This document shows, in pieces, positions 27,212 to 41,030 of a stretch of DNA of 64,000 bases. Below the pieces are notes generated by a model, which saw only the letters and a program-made list of their open reading frames with translations, searched no databases and was not told the origin of the DNA. The stretch is from assembly GCF_009914755.1 (NCBI RefSeq), contig NC_060925.1. One strand, 5' to 3'. The translations under genes and the position numbers were made by a program. Each line of letters begins with the position of its first letter. Position 1 is the stretch's first letter. The DNA is from the human T2T-CHM13v2.0 reference genome, Homo sapiens.

Positions 27212-27742
27212 ATCGTGGATTAAAGATGGCCACAAGTTCTTTGCTACTCTATGCATTGAGAAGTGAAGTCTAATTACCCAACCCTTGGATCTGGGCTTGC
27301 ATTACTGATTCATTTAATAAATAGAATTTGGCGGAAGTGATCCAGAACTTTGGAATTTAAGTGATTTAGAAGACTTACAACTTTCATCCATGCCTTTTGG
27401 AATCCTTGTTCTTGGAAACTAGCTGCCATGTTTTCAGGAAGCCCAAGCATCCCTATGAAGAGGTCCATGTGGAGAGGATCCAAGGTATCCAGTGGATAAC
27501 CCTGGATGAGTTCCAAGTCAACTATAAGAAGCACTTGCCAGTCATTTGAGCAAGCTATCTTGGAAGTACGTTCTCCAGCCCCAGTCAAGCCTTCCCAGAA
27601 GACATTTCTTATCTGCATGAGTTTATCAGAGATGAACTGTCCCTATTGAACCTGCCTAAAACAGATTAGTGAACAAAACAATTGTTATTGTTTTAAGTCC
27701 CTAAGTTGTGTAGTAGTTTATTATGCAGCAATAAGCAACATG
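27212..27742 (+). mobile_element. MLT1F/G/H-like MaLR LTR
   Basis: gtggattaaagatggccacaagttctttg...ttgttttaagtccctaagtt...ttatgcagcaata. Confidence 0.75.
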
Positions 27743-28062
27743 CCAAAATAGTAAACAAAAGGAATATTGAATTCTTAAAGGAGTATGAAGATTAGAGCCA
27801 CCAACAGGAACTGAAACAAAATGCAAGGATGGTGATTCCTACCAAATTCCCCATTTATTTTGCTGATTTATCCTATGCAGAACACAGATGAATTTTGAAG
27901 AATGACAGTGAATTTTTAATATCTCAATCAGATGTTGGCTCCAATTGCAGCTGTTGTTCCAACTGTAGTTTCATTGATGGAACAAATCAATAGGGCTCCT
28001 GGCACCTGGTCAGGAGCCACTGAGCTGGCAAATGCTTATTTCTCTATACCTGTTAATAAATT

Positions 28063-28285
28063 CCAGAAATTAGCAAATTACAGCTCATGGGCCAAATTCA
28101 GACTACTGGATTTTTATAAATAAAGTTTTATTAGAACACAGTTACATTTATCTATTTACATATTAGGTATGGCTGCTCTTATGCTGCAACAGCAGATTTC
28201 AGTAATTATGGCAGAGACCATATGTCCTCCAAATTCTAAAATATTTATTTTCTAGCTTTTTACAGAAAATGTTTGCTAACCTCTG
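28063..28285. mobile_element. MER58A-type hAT MITE inserted in ERVL RT
   Basis: cagaaattagcaaattacagctcatgggccaaattc...ataaagttttattagaacacag...tttgctaacctctg. Confidence 0.8.
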
Positions 28286-30959
28286 GTATATACTATCAGA
28301 AGCAATTTGCTTCCAGCCAACAGGGTTACTAATGTACCTCCACTGTCCTACTTCAGGGCTATTTCAACTTTACAGCCCTGTGTTGTAATCTAGTCCACAG
28401 GGACCATAATTGTCTATCCATTCCATCAGATACCATGCAGGCACATTATATTAATGATATTATATCATGATTACTGTACCTGGTAAATAGGATAAAGTAA
28501 CTAGTTCTAGATATGATGTTAAGATACTTGCATACCAGAGAGTGATAAATTCCACAAAATTCACTTTATATCCACTGAATGTTACTGAAATTTGTAGTGA
28601 TCTACTTGTTTTGAGCATTCCAAGATATTCCTTTCATGAACATGATGACAGGTTGCTATATCTGACCTCTCCTACTATTAAGAAAGAGGGATAATGTCTA
28701 ATGGGCCTTTGTGGATTTTGAAGAGAATATATATTTCATTGGGCATGCTACTACAATCCATTTACCAAGTAAGATGTAAGGTCATTAGTTTTGTGTGAGG
28801 TCCAAAACAAGAAAAGCCTCTACAATACAAGGCTGCCATACAAACTGCTCTTACATCTAGATCCAGTAGATTCCATGGTGCTAAAAATGTCTCTGTTAGG
28901 CAGGAATCTTGCATGAAGCCATTAACCTGATAGATGAATCATAGAGCAGACATTTAGAATTCTGGAGCAAAACTATAACAACTTCTTCAGAAAAATTCTT
29001 CTTTTAATTCAGATATTCTTCTTTTCTCTTCAAAATTCTTCTTTAGAATACCAGTTTGAAACTGGAAGCTTGATCATGGGCCATCAAGTTATAATGCAAC
29101 CTGAACTGCCCATGATGAACTAAGTGTTGTTGATCCATCAAGCCTCTAAGTTGTGCATGAATGATCAAATGGAAGCCTCTAAGTTGTTCATTCAATGATC
29201 AAATGGAAGTAGAATATATGAGATCAAGCACAAGTATATTAAATAAGCAAGTGACCCAGTTACCCATGGTGTCTATTTGTGCAACAATAGCTTCAGAATC
29301 TTACACCCATGGCCTCATGGGAAGCACTCAGTGACCAGTGGACTGAAAAATATTTGGCATTGTTTACAGAAATTTTTGTGTGATATTCTGGTATCATCCA
29401 AAACCGAATGACTAAATCATTGTGGCCCTATACTGGTGGTGTGGGGAAGAAAAATTTTCCCAGTAATAAGAACTTCCAGCAGTGTACCTAATTGTTCATT
29501 TTGCCTCAAAGGAAAGACAGCCAGAGGTATAAATCTACATTGCTTCATGGGCAGTTGCTAATGTTTAGATGGATAATAAGGGACTTAGAAGAAACATGAC
29601 TGGAAAATTAGTGACAGGAAAATCTAGGGAAGAAGTAAATGGATAGACTTTCCTAAATGGGCCCATGTGAATGTTGATCAAAGCTCAACCTCAGCATGTA
29701 AGAATCTTAATAATGGACAAGAGAACACATTCTGCAGACCTCTATCAGGTTTTTCTTTCCAGTTTCTTCTGTTCTTGACCAATGAGCTCGTGAACAAAAT
29801 AGCCATGATGGTAGACATGGAGGGTATGCATGAATTCAGCAACATGAACTTCTACTCACAAGGCCTGAAAGGGCAGTATTTTGTTCTTGCTCCATAGAAA
29901 CTTACTCTTTATAGGGATTTGTCTTCCCTACCTGTAATACCTTTGCCAAAATCAGTATCTGTGGACTTAAAGAATTCTTATATCTTATTTCCCTTCATGT
30001 TATTCCACAGTGCTTTGCTTTTGACCAAGGAACTTACTTTGCAGCAAATGAAGAATAACAGACTCATGCTCATGGAATTCATTAGTCTTAACTTGTTATT
30101 CATCACTCTAAAGCAGTAGAAAGGTGGAATTCTTCTTTTAACTATTTACTGTGCTAGATGGATGGAAACACTTTGCAGGGCTAGGATAATGTCCTGAAAG
30201 ATGCAGTAAATTCTCTAAATGATCAATCAATGCATGTTGCTGTTTCTCTCTTATCCAGATTTCATAGATCCAGGAATCAAGGGGGAAAAATGGAAAGGGC
30301 TCCTCTTACTGTTACCCATAGTGATCCACAGCAAAATTTATTCTTTCTATTCTCAACTTTAGACTCTGCTGGTCTAGAAGTTCTGGTCCCCAAGGGAGAG
30401 ATGCTTCTACTAGGAGATACAGCAATGATTCCATTAAGATGGAAGTTGATACTCCCTGCTGCCGACTTTGGGCTCCTTATGCTAAAGAATCAACAAGCAA
30501 AGTCAGATATTGGTGTATTGGCTGGGATGACTGGGGAAATTGGATTACTACCAGATTATAGGAGTAAGAAAAAGTGTGCCTGGAATTCAAGATCATATCT
30601 TATACTCTCAAGTCTTGTAATTACTTTTGTTGCTGTAACGAACAAAGTAAGTGGAAAATAACCCAATGCAGGCTCAATTGCAAAAGCTTGGATCCCTCAA
30701 AAATGAAAACTGACATCACCCCAACAGGCAAGAAACCATGACTAGGTGATGTGCTTGCTGAGGACACAAGTATATGGAATGGGTAGTGAAAGAAGGAAGT
30801 TATAAATACCAGCTATGACCACAAGATCAGTTATAGAAATTAGGATGGTAAGAATTATGAATATTTATTTTTTGATATAAATATATTTGGTTGTATATTA
30901 ACCAATTCTTTTTTCTACCCCATCCACCATCTAATATAAAATGGGGTAATAATAGTCTT

Positions 30960-31392
30960 TGTATTAGTTCCCTAGGGCTGCTATAACAAAGTACCACAAA
31001 TTGGGTGGCTTAAAACAACAGAAATTTATTTTACTGCAGTCTGTATGCGAAAAGTCCTAAATCAATGTGATAGTGGGGTCACTTCCTTTTTAGAAGCTCT
31101 GAGGGAGAATCTGTTCAATGAGTCTCTTGTAGCCTCTGATGGTTGCTGGTAATCTTTGATGTTCCTTTGTCCAATCTCTGCCTCCATTGTTACGTGACAT
31201 TCTTTGTGTCTGTGTTCAAATTCCCCTCCTCTTATAAGTACACCAGTCACTGAATTAGAGCCCATCTTAATCCAATATGACCTCTTCTTGATTATATCTG
31301 CAAAGACCGTATTTCCAAATAAGATCATATTTACAAGGTTCAGGGTTTAGCACTTCAACATGGCTTTTTGACAGACACAATTCAACCCATAA
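30960..31392 (-). mobile_element. MLT1B/C MaLR LTR
   Basis: tgtattagttccctagggctgctataacaaagtaccacaaattgggtggcttaaaacaacagaaattt...acacaattcaacccataa. Confidence 0.85.
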
Positions 31393-31509
31393 TATCATTA
31401 TATCTCAGTATATTCAAATGACATGACATCGAAGGGAAAGTGGATCTTAGCTAAAAAAAGACTGAATATCATCCCAAAATGGACAAAGTAACCTATGAGG
31501 CTATGTATC

Positions 31510-31789
31510 TTTTTTTTTTTTTTTTCTGTGGCATCATCTCACTCTATCACCCAGGCTGGTGCAGTGGTGCAATCTCGGCTCGCTGCAACCTCTGCCTCTT
31601 GGGTTCAAGTGATTAGAGTAGCTGGGATTACAGGCATGCACCACTATGCCTGTCTAATTTTTGTATTTTTCGTAGAGACAGGTTTCACCATGTTGGCCAG
31701 GCTGGTCTCGAACTCCTGACCTCAAGTGATCCACCCACCTCAGCCTCCTAAAGTGCTGGGATTACTGGTGTGAGTCACTGCACCCAGTC
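31510..31789 (-). mobile_element. AluS with a small internal deletion
   Basis: Poly-T then Alu body. The junction gggttcaagtgatt|agagtagctggg lacks the usual ctcctgcctcagcctcc. Confidence 0.9.
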
Positions 31790-31929
31790 GTCTTTTAAAT
31801 GTGTTTTCATCTGTAGAACTGATAGTTGCATCATACTACATAGAAGCATCGTTTTGCTAATGTCTTCATTTGGAAGTTATATTTAGTTAAGAGAAGTGGA
31901 CATGGATGCCAAGTTGGCAAGGGATGGAC

Positions 31930-32511
31930 TTTGGTAGCTTTCTACAGTATCAACTTGGCTAAATCAGGAGCTATATTTTCCAGAATTTCCTCTCCTGATT
32001 CACACTGAGTTAAGGTTAGCCTTAGGGGAAATTTGCATGAGGTTGGAAAAGCAGAATTGAAGCAGCAACCATTTGAAGGGGGCACCAAACTCTATGATGG
32101 CAAGCACACATTTACCCTGATGTGGTGACTCACCTGGACTTAGCGCAGCAGCTGTAGTTGAAGCTCCCAAAGCTCTGTCTTCAGCTTTGCCAAGTCCTAT
32201 GCTAGGTACATGTTCAGCTCCATGGCAGAGGGCACTAGATCCTTCTGGAAGTCACCCCCATTGAGGTTGGTAAAAGGCTGATGTGGGTTCCAGTTTTTCC
32301 TCCTAATTCCAATTCTTTGTTCTTCTCTACTTCATGCCCAGCTTTTGTTACTGGTGGCTGTGCTGACCCGGAGAGTTCAGCCCATTATCAGACAGATGCA
32401 ACACACTCCCATTGACTTCTTCACCAGATCCCACACTTGCCTGAGGTCTAATCCCTGGAATAAACCCCTCATTCTATGTCACTGTTTCTGCTTCTTATTA
32501 AACACCGATAC
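31930..32511 (+). mobile_element. MLT2F-like 3' LTR of the ERVL provirus
   Basis: Follows the PPT-like gccaagttggcaagggatggac. Starts ..ggtagctttctacagtatcaacttggcta; AATAAA near 32459; ends gataca. Confidence 0.7.
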
Positions 32512-33795
32512 ATGCACCTTGTATCAAACACTGACAAAGGTTGTCACGAAGGAAGAAATCAGGAACCACAGAAAGCACTGGTGTTCATATTCCACCACCT
32601 CAAAAAGGCAGGAAGTCTTCTACAGATAGGTGTGATTTGGGGCACTTCTGAATTATGACCCATCCTTCTGGGTGCCAGTGCTAAAATAGTCATTTTCTAC
32701 CACCCTTCATCTGACCTCCATTCATATGCAACAACTGTCTCCAATCAGAGCTTGAAACCAAACAGCAACTATATTTCCTGATATTTCATGTTTGGGGAAA
32801 AAAGCATAAAATAAAATGTGTTGTGACCTATTTACAAGAGCCTGTCCCCAAATAATGTGAAGGCCATCATTGATTGATCTCTATTTAACTTGGCTCATTG
32901 GACTTCTTACCATCAGAATATCTAGTTGAGCAATTTATTAGCATTCTATCTTAGTCAGCTTCTGGAGTGTAATTCAGGTCCTAGTTCCTTACTCTGACAT
33001 AGGTTTTTTTCTTTTCATTTTAGCCTCCCATTTTCTCCTGTTTCCCGTATTACGAAAGGCCATGTTTCCCCTTTACTGCCAGCATGTGATTGTGTGGTTG
33101 TGTACATTTTTTCTTGAATATTTCCCCTTGTACATGTTTTTTGTCAGCTTCCTTGCCCTACCTCCCATGATGCCTTTCCTTATCCAGAAGACACTGGCAC
33201 AAACTCTTTCAAGAAATGAAAACTCCCTATCATGGTTCACATGCATTGATTGGAAAAGTATTAACTATTGAAATAAATGTAATATATATAGAAACCTAAA
33301 GCTACTGTTTTGTTCAACCTAAGATAACAATGCTTGCTGTATTTCTTTAAATTAGTTACAGGTTCACTCTACTAAGTAATTAGATTCATTTAATATAAAA
33401 CAACCGTTGCTGGATTCTGAGAATGGTTCATGCGTTGGTCAGGGACTTGGCTTTCTTGGGGAGACACAATTATTTCCTAGGGCAGCCTTATAGCTCCCAG
33501 ACAGCTAGTGAGGCCCAGCAACATGTGGAGTCTGGTTTCTAGAGCTATGGCTTGGTTAATCTGTATTATTTTCATGAAGTGGTTAACATTCCTTATGAAG
33601 AAATGGAGGCTAAGTGACTCACAGCAGATTAGTAGAAAAGACCTGAGTCCCTCTCAGAATCTTTGGTATTCTGGTTGGCAGGATTACTGTTTGCCCCAGG
33701 ATAGGCTTTTCTCTCAAAATCATAAACTTCCAAAAACATAAATCATTTCCATGTGGATAAAGATGAGAAACTGTATTGACTTTTCTCTGTTTTGT

Positions 33796-34107
33796 TAGAA
33801 AGAAAGAAAAAAGAGAGAGGGAAAGAGGGAAAGAGGCAAAGAGAGAAAGAGGGAAAGAGGGAAAGAGGCAAAGAGGGAAAGAGGGAAAGAGGCAAAGAGG
33901 GAATGAGGCAAAGTGGGAAAATGGGAAAGGGAAGGGAAGGGAGAGGGAATGGAAGGGAGAGGGAAGGGAAGGGAGAGGGAAGGGAAGGGAGAGGGAAGGG
34001 AAGGGAGAGGGAAGGGAAGAGGGAGGGAAGGAAAGAGGGAGGGAAGGAAAAGGAAGGGAGGGGAACAAAGAAAAAGCAGAAGGAAAGAAGGAAGGGACAG
34101 AGGGAGG
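33796..34107 (+). repeat. ~310-bp polypurine compound microsatellite: (AAAGAGGG/C)n then (AAGGG/AGAGGG)n
   Basis: Directly visible; very few pyrimidines. Confidence 0.95.
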
Positions 34108-35224
34108 CAATATACCTTACATGCTATCAGAAATTTAACACTTAGACTTAAAATAACAAAAAGAAATGTCTGCTAAATTACCATGTATTTTAAATCACTA
34201 ATTATATATCAACCTCACTCCTTAAATACTCTAACACCAAGGAAATTGTTAGCCTGAGGAGTAGAAAGCACAAAGCAGAGATTTGCTTTTCACCTGATTA
34301 ACACTTTCTATTAAAATAATCTAAAACAGCTGTTAATTCCTGTTAAATTCAGTCTCCACTTTTCTATAAAAGAAAAATTTAAATTATTTTTGGTAGAAAA
34401 GCTATTTTTTTAAATGTCAAAAATATTTCCTAACATTTTCAAGCCAACATACACAAAATTATTTATGTCAAATGTTGTCACATAGAATCCAACATGCCAG
34501 ATTCTTCAACTCTTTTATTCACCCCAGGCAAATTTCAGTTTGCCATAAATCTTCCTTATGGCCAAGTCCCACTAGACTTTTAATTTAATGAAACACAGAA
34601 AATATTTGCATTGTGTTTTTCCCATACCCCCAACCCTCCATCAACAGTGAATTGGGAACCCAGCTATGCATTAACCCAGTGTTATAAGGAAGCTGTACAC
34701 ATGTATGGAGCTGAGTTTCAGTTTGCTGGGGAAAAGAGTAGGCAATAGCAATTTGCTGCAACGCATTACATGGTTAATGTCACCAAAGATGCCAAGTGAG
34801 CAAGTGACAATGGGGTGGGGGGGTGGGGGGAGGAACATCAAGATCCCTAAATGGAAGATTGTCCTAAGTATTTATCAAATAGCCACTAGGGAGATCACTG
34901 AATTCTCACCAATCAATCTGGCAGGGATTTGGTCACCAAGGCGCAAAGGCAGATGGGATCCCCTTAATGCAAGCCTTCCCCAATGCAAAAGGAATGATAT
35001 TTGCAGGAGAGGATGACAGCATTGTGAGAATATAAGGGACAGTGACTGGGCAGATCAATACTGGAGCTCTTCCACTTCCTTGCTAACTCTGTTTCACAGT
35101 GAGAAAACTGGATATGTTCCCTTCCTCATCTCTCTTTCCCTATATAAAAATCTGTTTTATTTCAACTTTGTTATATATGCAAGTTACCAGAGCTTAAGAA
35201 AGGCTTGAACCTGAGTTAAGGTAA

Positions 35225-35270
35225 AAGAGAGGGGAAAAAAAGACACATCCTAAACCAGTTTCATTTATAT
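35225..35270 (-). terminator. Probable poly(A) site: variant signal TATAAA (35269-35264) plus downstream GU/U-rich element
   Basis: Minus strand reads cattaTATAAAtgaaactggttta then ggatgtgtctttttttcccctctctttt. A canonical AATAAA also lies at 35161-35156. Confidence 0.55.
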
Positions 35271-36241
35271 AATGAAAATAAATTTTTACACAATCAACAG
35301 AAACACACCAAGATTTTTTTTTTTTTGCGAAAAATATTTTTAAATAAATTTTTTTTTCTTACATTCTGATATACATATGTAACAAGGTTTATGGCACTGT
35401 AACCAGAATCAAATCAGAAAAAAAAAAAAAAAAGGAAAAAGGTGGGAAGGAAAGTATTTGATATATTGTTGAATTCCTTTCTATCTCCAAGCTGGCAAAT
35501 TTGCACTATTTGTCTATCATTCAGCTGCCAGCTCTAACTTGTTTGCACACTTAAAACATCATATTATTGCACAAGAAGCCAGTGAAGGCATATAATGGTC
35601 AGTTCCTCACTATTTCAAAAAAAATCTCTTAAACCCAGAGAAGGAAAAAAAAAAAAAATCCAGAGCATGAAACACACAAAATCAAAGGTATCCTTTTTCT
35701 CCTTAAAGAATGCCTGAAGGATTCTTAGACCACTTAAGCTGCCCTGATCTTCTCTTTGCACCAGTGAGCACAACAGGGCTTGGTTTGGTTGGGTTTTTGT
35801 TTTCTGTGTGGACAGCCCAGGTTGATCCCAGGCCTTGGTGATTCAATGTCTTTTCTATTTACTTTTGGTTCTTTTTAATTGGTTTAAAGTGTGTAGTATC
35901 TTCGGTCTATGAACCTGCACAGACTATTTAGTCATAAACTCTACAAATAGCTTAAAAGGAAAAGGGGGAGAAACAAGTTGTATTATATTTTTATTGTTGG
36001 CTTAAAAAAATTACTTCTTTAACCTCCTTAATTTGTCAGTTTGTGGGAGGTGAATCTCAATGGCATCAAAAGTTATAGTCTTCTTACACTTGTTAAAAAT
36101 AAAGTGTTTAAACAAGTTTGTTTCCATTCACAAACTTACTCCCAACTACAAAAAAAAAAAGAAAGAAAAAAAACCAGAATCCATCCTCCTTCCTCATTGT
36201 CTCCTAATGGAGAGCAGCAATCCTTTCCATCCAGACCATTG
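35250..36241 (-). other. DUSP10: DUSP10 3'UTR (~1 kb, AU/U-rich); 3' end approximate
   Basis: Follows the stop codon. Repeat-free, with U tracts, AUUUA motifs (35341-35349, 35279-35283) and seed sites for miR-92, miR-183, miR-181 and miR-21. Ends at a TATAAA signal followed by a GU/U-rich tract. Confidence 0.8.
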
Positions 36242-36574
<333 letters not shown>

Positions 36575-36974
36575 TCATCTCAACTTTGCAATGCCTTATT
36601 TTGTATAGAAATAATGAATTAAAACAGTTTTAAAGCCAAGTATAATCCACTAGTTCATTACGTATACTTATGTCACAACTTCCAGAACTGGCTAAAGTTG
36701 ATATCAGCATGAACAAGAAGCTATACATCTACATTTAAAGAGAAGATTAAATGAAAGAATTGCTCATAGGAACAGTTTGCTGCACAGGTGACAGCAGTGG
36801 CCGGAAGCCAGACCTATAACACAGTTAACTTTCACGTTGAACAAGCTACTGATCAAGTCGACTCTAACAGTCACTGAACCTTCTCTCAAATGTCTTGTTC
36901 TCTTTTTTTCTGGAATTACACTACTGAAAGAAAAAAAAAGAATGAAGGAAAAGGAGAGAGGAAGGGGAAAAATT

Positions 36975-37031
36975 ATACACACACATGAAAATATACACTC
37001 ACACATATATATGTATATGTATGTGTGTGTA

Positions 37032-37064
<33 letters not shown>

Positions 37065-37065
37065 G
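36975..37065. repeat. Compound (CA)/(TG)/(TA) microsatellite in intron 3
   Basis: Directly visible. Confidence 0.9.
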
Positions 37066-38930
37066 CAGTTCCTCTTTGGATTAAGGATGTTAATTCCAAT
37101 TTTCGGTTGTGTGACTTAACAAACCTAGTGCTAGTAACAACTCTCTCACTTGTAATAGAGAAAAAACACTTTCTTTATTCTATAGAATTGCTCTGTACAG
37201 GAACGGGCATTAAATGGATAAGAGTTTTAGTCTTACTAAACCCTGATTAAGGTTAAAGGAATAAAGCTTAACTAGGAAGATACTATGTTCAGCTTCTCCC
37301 CAGAAAATCCAGTTGTTGCAAAGTTAACTAAAGGCTAGTAGTATACAGGCCGAGGGTGTCACCTCTCAAGCATTCAATCCCGTTTGCTTCCATGTATGAC
37401 ATTCCAGTGTGGCAATAATGCAGAAGATGGAGGAATCCCAGCAATGGCTCAAAATCCAGAGCAATTGAAAGAGGAAGACTTGCTAAGTTTTCAAATATAT
37501 TAAAAGCTCAGGACAATAGCATGTGGGCACTACCTGAACAGATTCTTAATGACATTTCTAGACTCTAACACATCCCTAAGAAAGCTTCCTTGAAGGAACA
37601 CCAATTAGATAAACAGGTAGGGAAGGAGAAGGGGTAGAGAGAGTAGTGATTTCACCTAAACTACATCTACTGGCTACCCACCAGTGGACCAAGGAAAAAA
37701 AACCTGATGTAAATTTTCATCTTAAAAATTTACAGATGAAGTTTACTTCTCATAGTCAACAGTATTTCAAGAAAAGTAAGCATCTCTCTTTTTCAACTTT
37801 TTCCCTTCAGCACACGGTATTTAGCTCCAAGTCAAGACCAGAAAGCATGGTGGTGAGAGAATGAGCTTCTGAGTGCCTGGCTGGACCACCGGTTCCACTA
37901 CACACACTTGATTCAGGAATAAATAAACTGGTATAAACACTAAACTTAGATGCTGCTCAGCTTATATTACACTCTCAGTGAAAGCTATTATGTTTATAAA
38001 ACCTGCTGTGTTTTTACTAAAGCAAGACTGTAAGATTTCAGTTTATCCAATAATATAACAATGAAAATAAAATTGTGCCTATGCAGGTTGTGATATGGAG
38101 TTGTTCTTCGGGCTGAATGCTATTTGTTATTGGTTTTGTTTTCCTTAAAAAAAAAAAAAAAAAGGCAGGTAAGCCTGAATAATCTATAAGGAATGTGAGA
38201 AGGAGCTTTAGTTGAAATCCTCTTAGAACAAGTATATCTTACCCTACTCATTAAATAGAAAACAATTTCCTAACTTCCTCCAACTGGAGTTAAGTCAGAT
38301 GGAATCTCAGTCATAACATCACATCATGTATCAACCAGAAGTTCCTCATATGCTTGTTGAGAAATTTTTCTTCCTCAGCGCTCCAGGTTTGGCTCAGATT
38401 TTATTAATAAAGAATCTGCAGTATCTCTGCATCCTCAGTGTTGCCAGTTGGGAATTACTTAATAGGGCATCATAAACATTGCCTTAGTGTGTTGTGAAAA
38501 GGCCTCAGGCTTGGGAGTCAAAAACCCTGGATTCTGGCCCCTTCTTGGACACTAGAATTCCTATGACCTTGAAGAAGTCACTTTACTTCTCTAAGTTCAG
38601 TGATCACCCTGAATTTCCTTTCAGACTCAATATTCCATGGTCCTGTGCTGACGGCATAATTAGCAAGGAAAACAGCTTGGCAAAATGACCAGAGATGTCA
38701 ACACTACAGCAAATCCACCAGACCCCACTGGCTGTTAAACCTGAGGCTGTTTTTTTCTTTCTCTGACAAAGGAACACCCCACTCCACTTAACTGTATTCT
38801 TCCTGGAATAACAACCTGCTGTAATATTTAGGAAAAGTACTAGGCCACCCCTTTATGGTAATAAAAGTTGAAGTTACGTAAAAAAAAATAAATGTTGAGT
38901 TTTGCTATATTGCAGGTGCTCCCAAAATGA

Positions 38931-39268
<338 letters not shown>

Positions 39269-39910
39269 CTATAGAAGTTGCAGAAATTAAGATTAGGATT
39301 AGGCTAATAGTTGCTTCCTTCTGGGGATCAAAGCGTGCTGTTGCTAAAACTTCCTCCTTGGGAACTACTCCGTCTACACAACCTGATCTTTCCTAGTTCA
39401 ATGAGTTTGGGGCAGACTGTCAAAGGAAACCTAGTACCATCTCCCCTTATGCTGGATGAATAAGGCTTAGTAGGGTGACCGGAAGGCATAGGTATGTTTG
39501 GAAGGGGTGTCATATTCACTAGATATTGCTTCCAAGGTGCTCAACGGCGCTAGTAGATCAAGTAGCAGTAGCACCAGCTCTGACCTCCGATTCCTTACTT
39601 TCCATCCACTTTTCTGGTTACAGAGCACATAAATGCTAACCCCTACCACTATTTCACTGAGAACTTGAGGGATGAGGATTTCTAGTTGAACAGATCCCAA
39701 CAAATTCAATTACTGTCCTTTTATATCCATCCTGATGGCTTGGATACACTCGACAGGCTATGACTTAGGAGAATGCTTAGGCTGTTTCAGGTGGCAGAGC
39801 CCTCCAAAACTCCAGGGCAGCTTTTCTTTTCCAACACAGGAATAAACCTTGAACTTGATATCAAAGCAAGAGCTGGAGGGAAAAGGAAGGCAGCGGATGA
39901 AAATTCCCTA

Positions 39911-40387
<477 letters not shown>

Positions 40388-40779
40388 TCATGCATATTTT
40401 AAATACATATATAAATATGTATTTAAGCAAAAAAAATAAAAATAAAAATAAAACAAAACAAAACAAAAACTAAAAGTCCATTTGGAGACCCAAGACAAGC
40501 TTCGGGGAGTATCACTGCATGGAACACTTTGGAAATGTGCTCTTTCTACAAATGAGGGCATGTTCCCCTAGCAAGAGTTCCACGCGGCATCAGGCAATCT
40601 TCCTCAGCTGCAAATGTGACCTGCCTCAAAGAGCCATATGCTCAGTGGCCTACATAGAACCCTGTGCTTTGGGAGCCAAGAAAGGCACAGATGACCTCCT
40701 CGGGTGGAATCTCAGCACCACAGGAGCATGTCTTGCACCCTTCATAGCTCACCTCACCCAGAGGGACAAGTTTGCTCCC

Positions 40780-41030
40780 AATACAGCAGAGTGGTTACAA
40801 GCAGGAACATTGGAAGAGACAGGTTATCTTGATTATAATCTGGGTACCATCATTTCCTGACACTATTACTTAAGTTCATTTATCTCTGTGCTTCAGTTCC
40901 ACCATCTGTAAACTGAGGGTGATGGTGTCTCCCTTTGAGTGCAATTGTGAGCCTGAGATAAATGAATACGTGTAAAATACTTAGCACATCTCCTGGCACA
41001 CAGTAGAACTCAGCAGGCATTCACTATTTT
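40780..41030. mobile_element. MIR SINE
   Basis: ctctgtgcttcagttcccaccatctgtaaa...cttagcacatctcctggcacacagtag. Confidence 0.75.

Larger units (their letters stand above)
27750..31930 (+). mobile_element. Decayed ERVL internal region (RT, RNase H, integrase, dUTPase), heavily frameshifted
   Basis: RT relic PIAAVVPTVVSLMEQINRAPGTW..TELANAYFSIPV (27932-28060) and dUTPase relic SAGLEVLVPKGEMLLLGDTAMIPLRWKLILP..FGLLM (30360-30560). The pol-then-dUTPase order is typical of ERV-L. Confidence 0.88.

Noticed and set aside
33619-34176. Several overlapping ORFs of 87-163 aa
   Set aside because: Artefacts of a stop-free purine/pyrimidine microsatellite.
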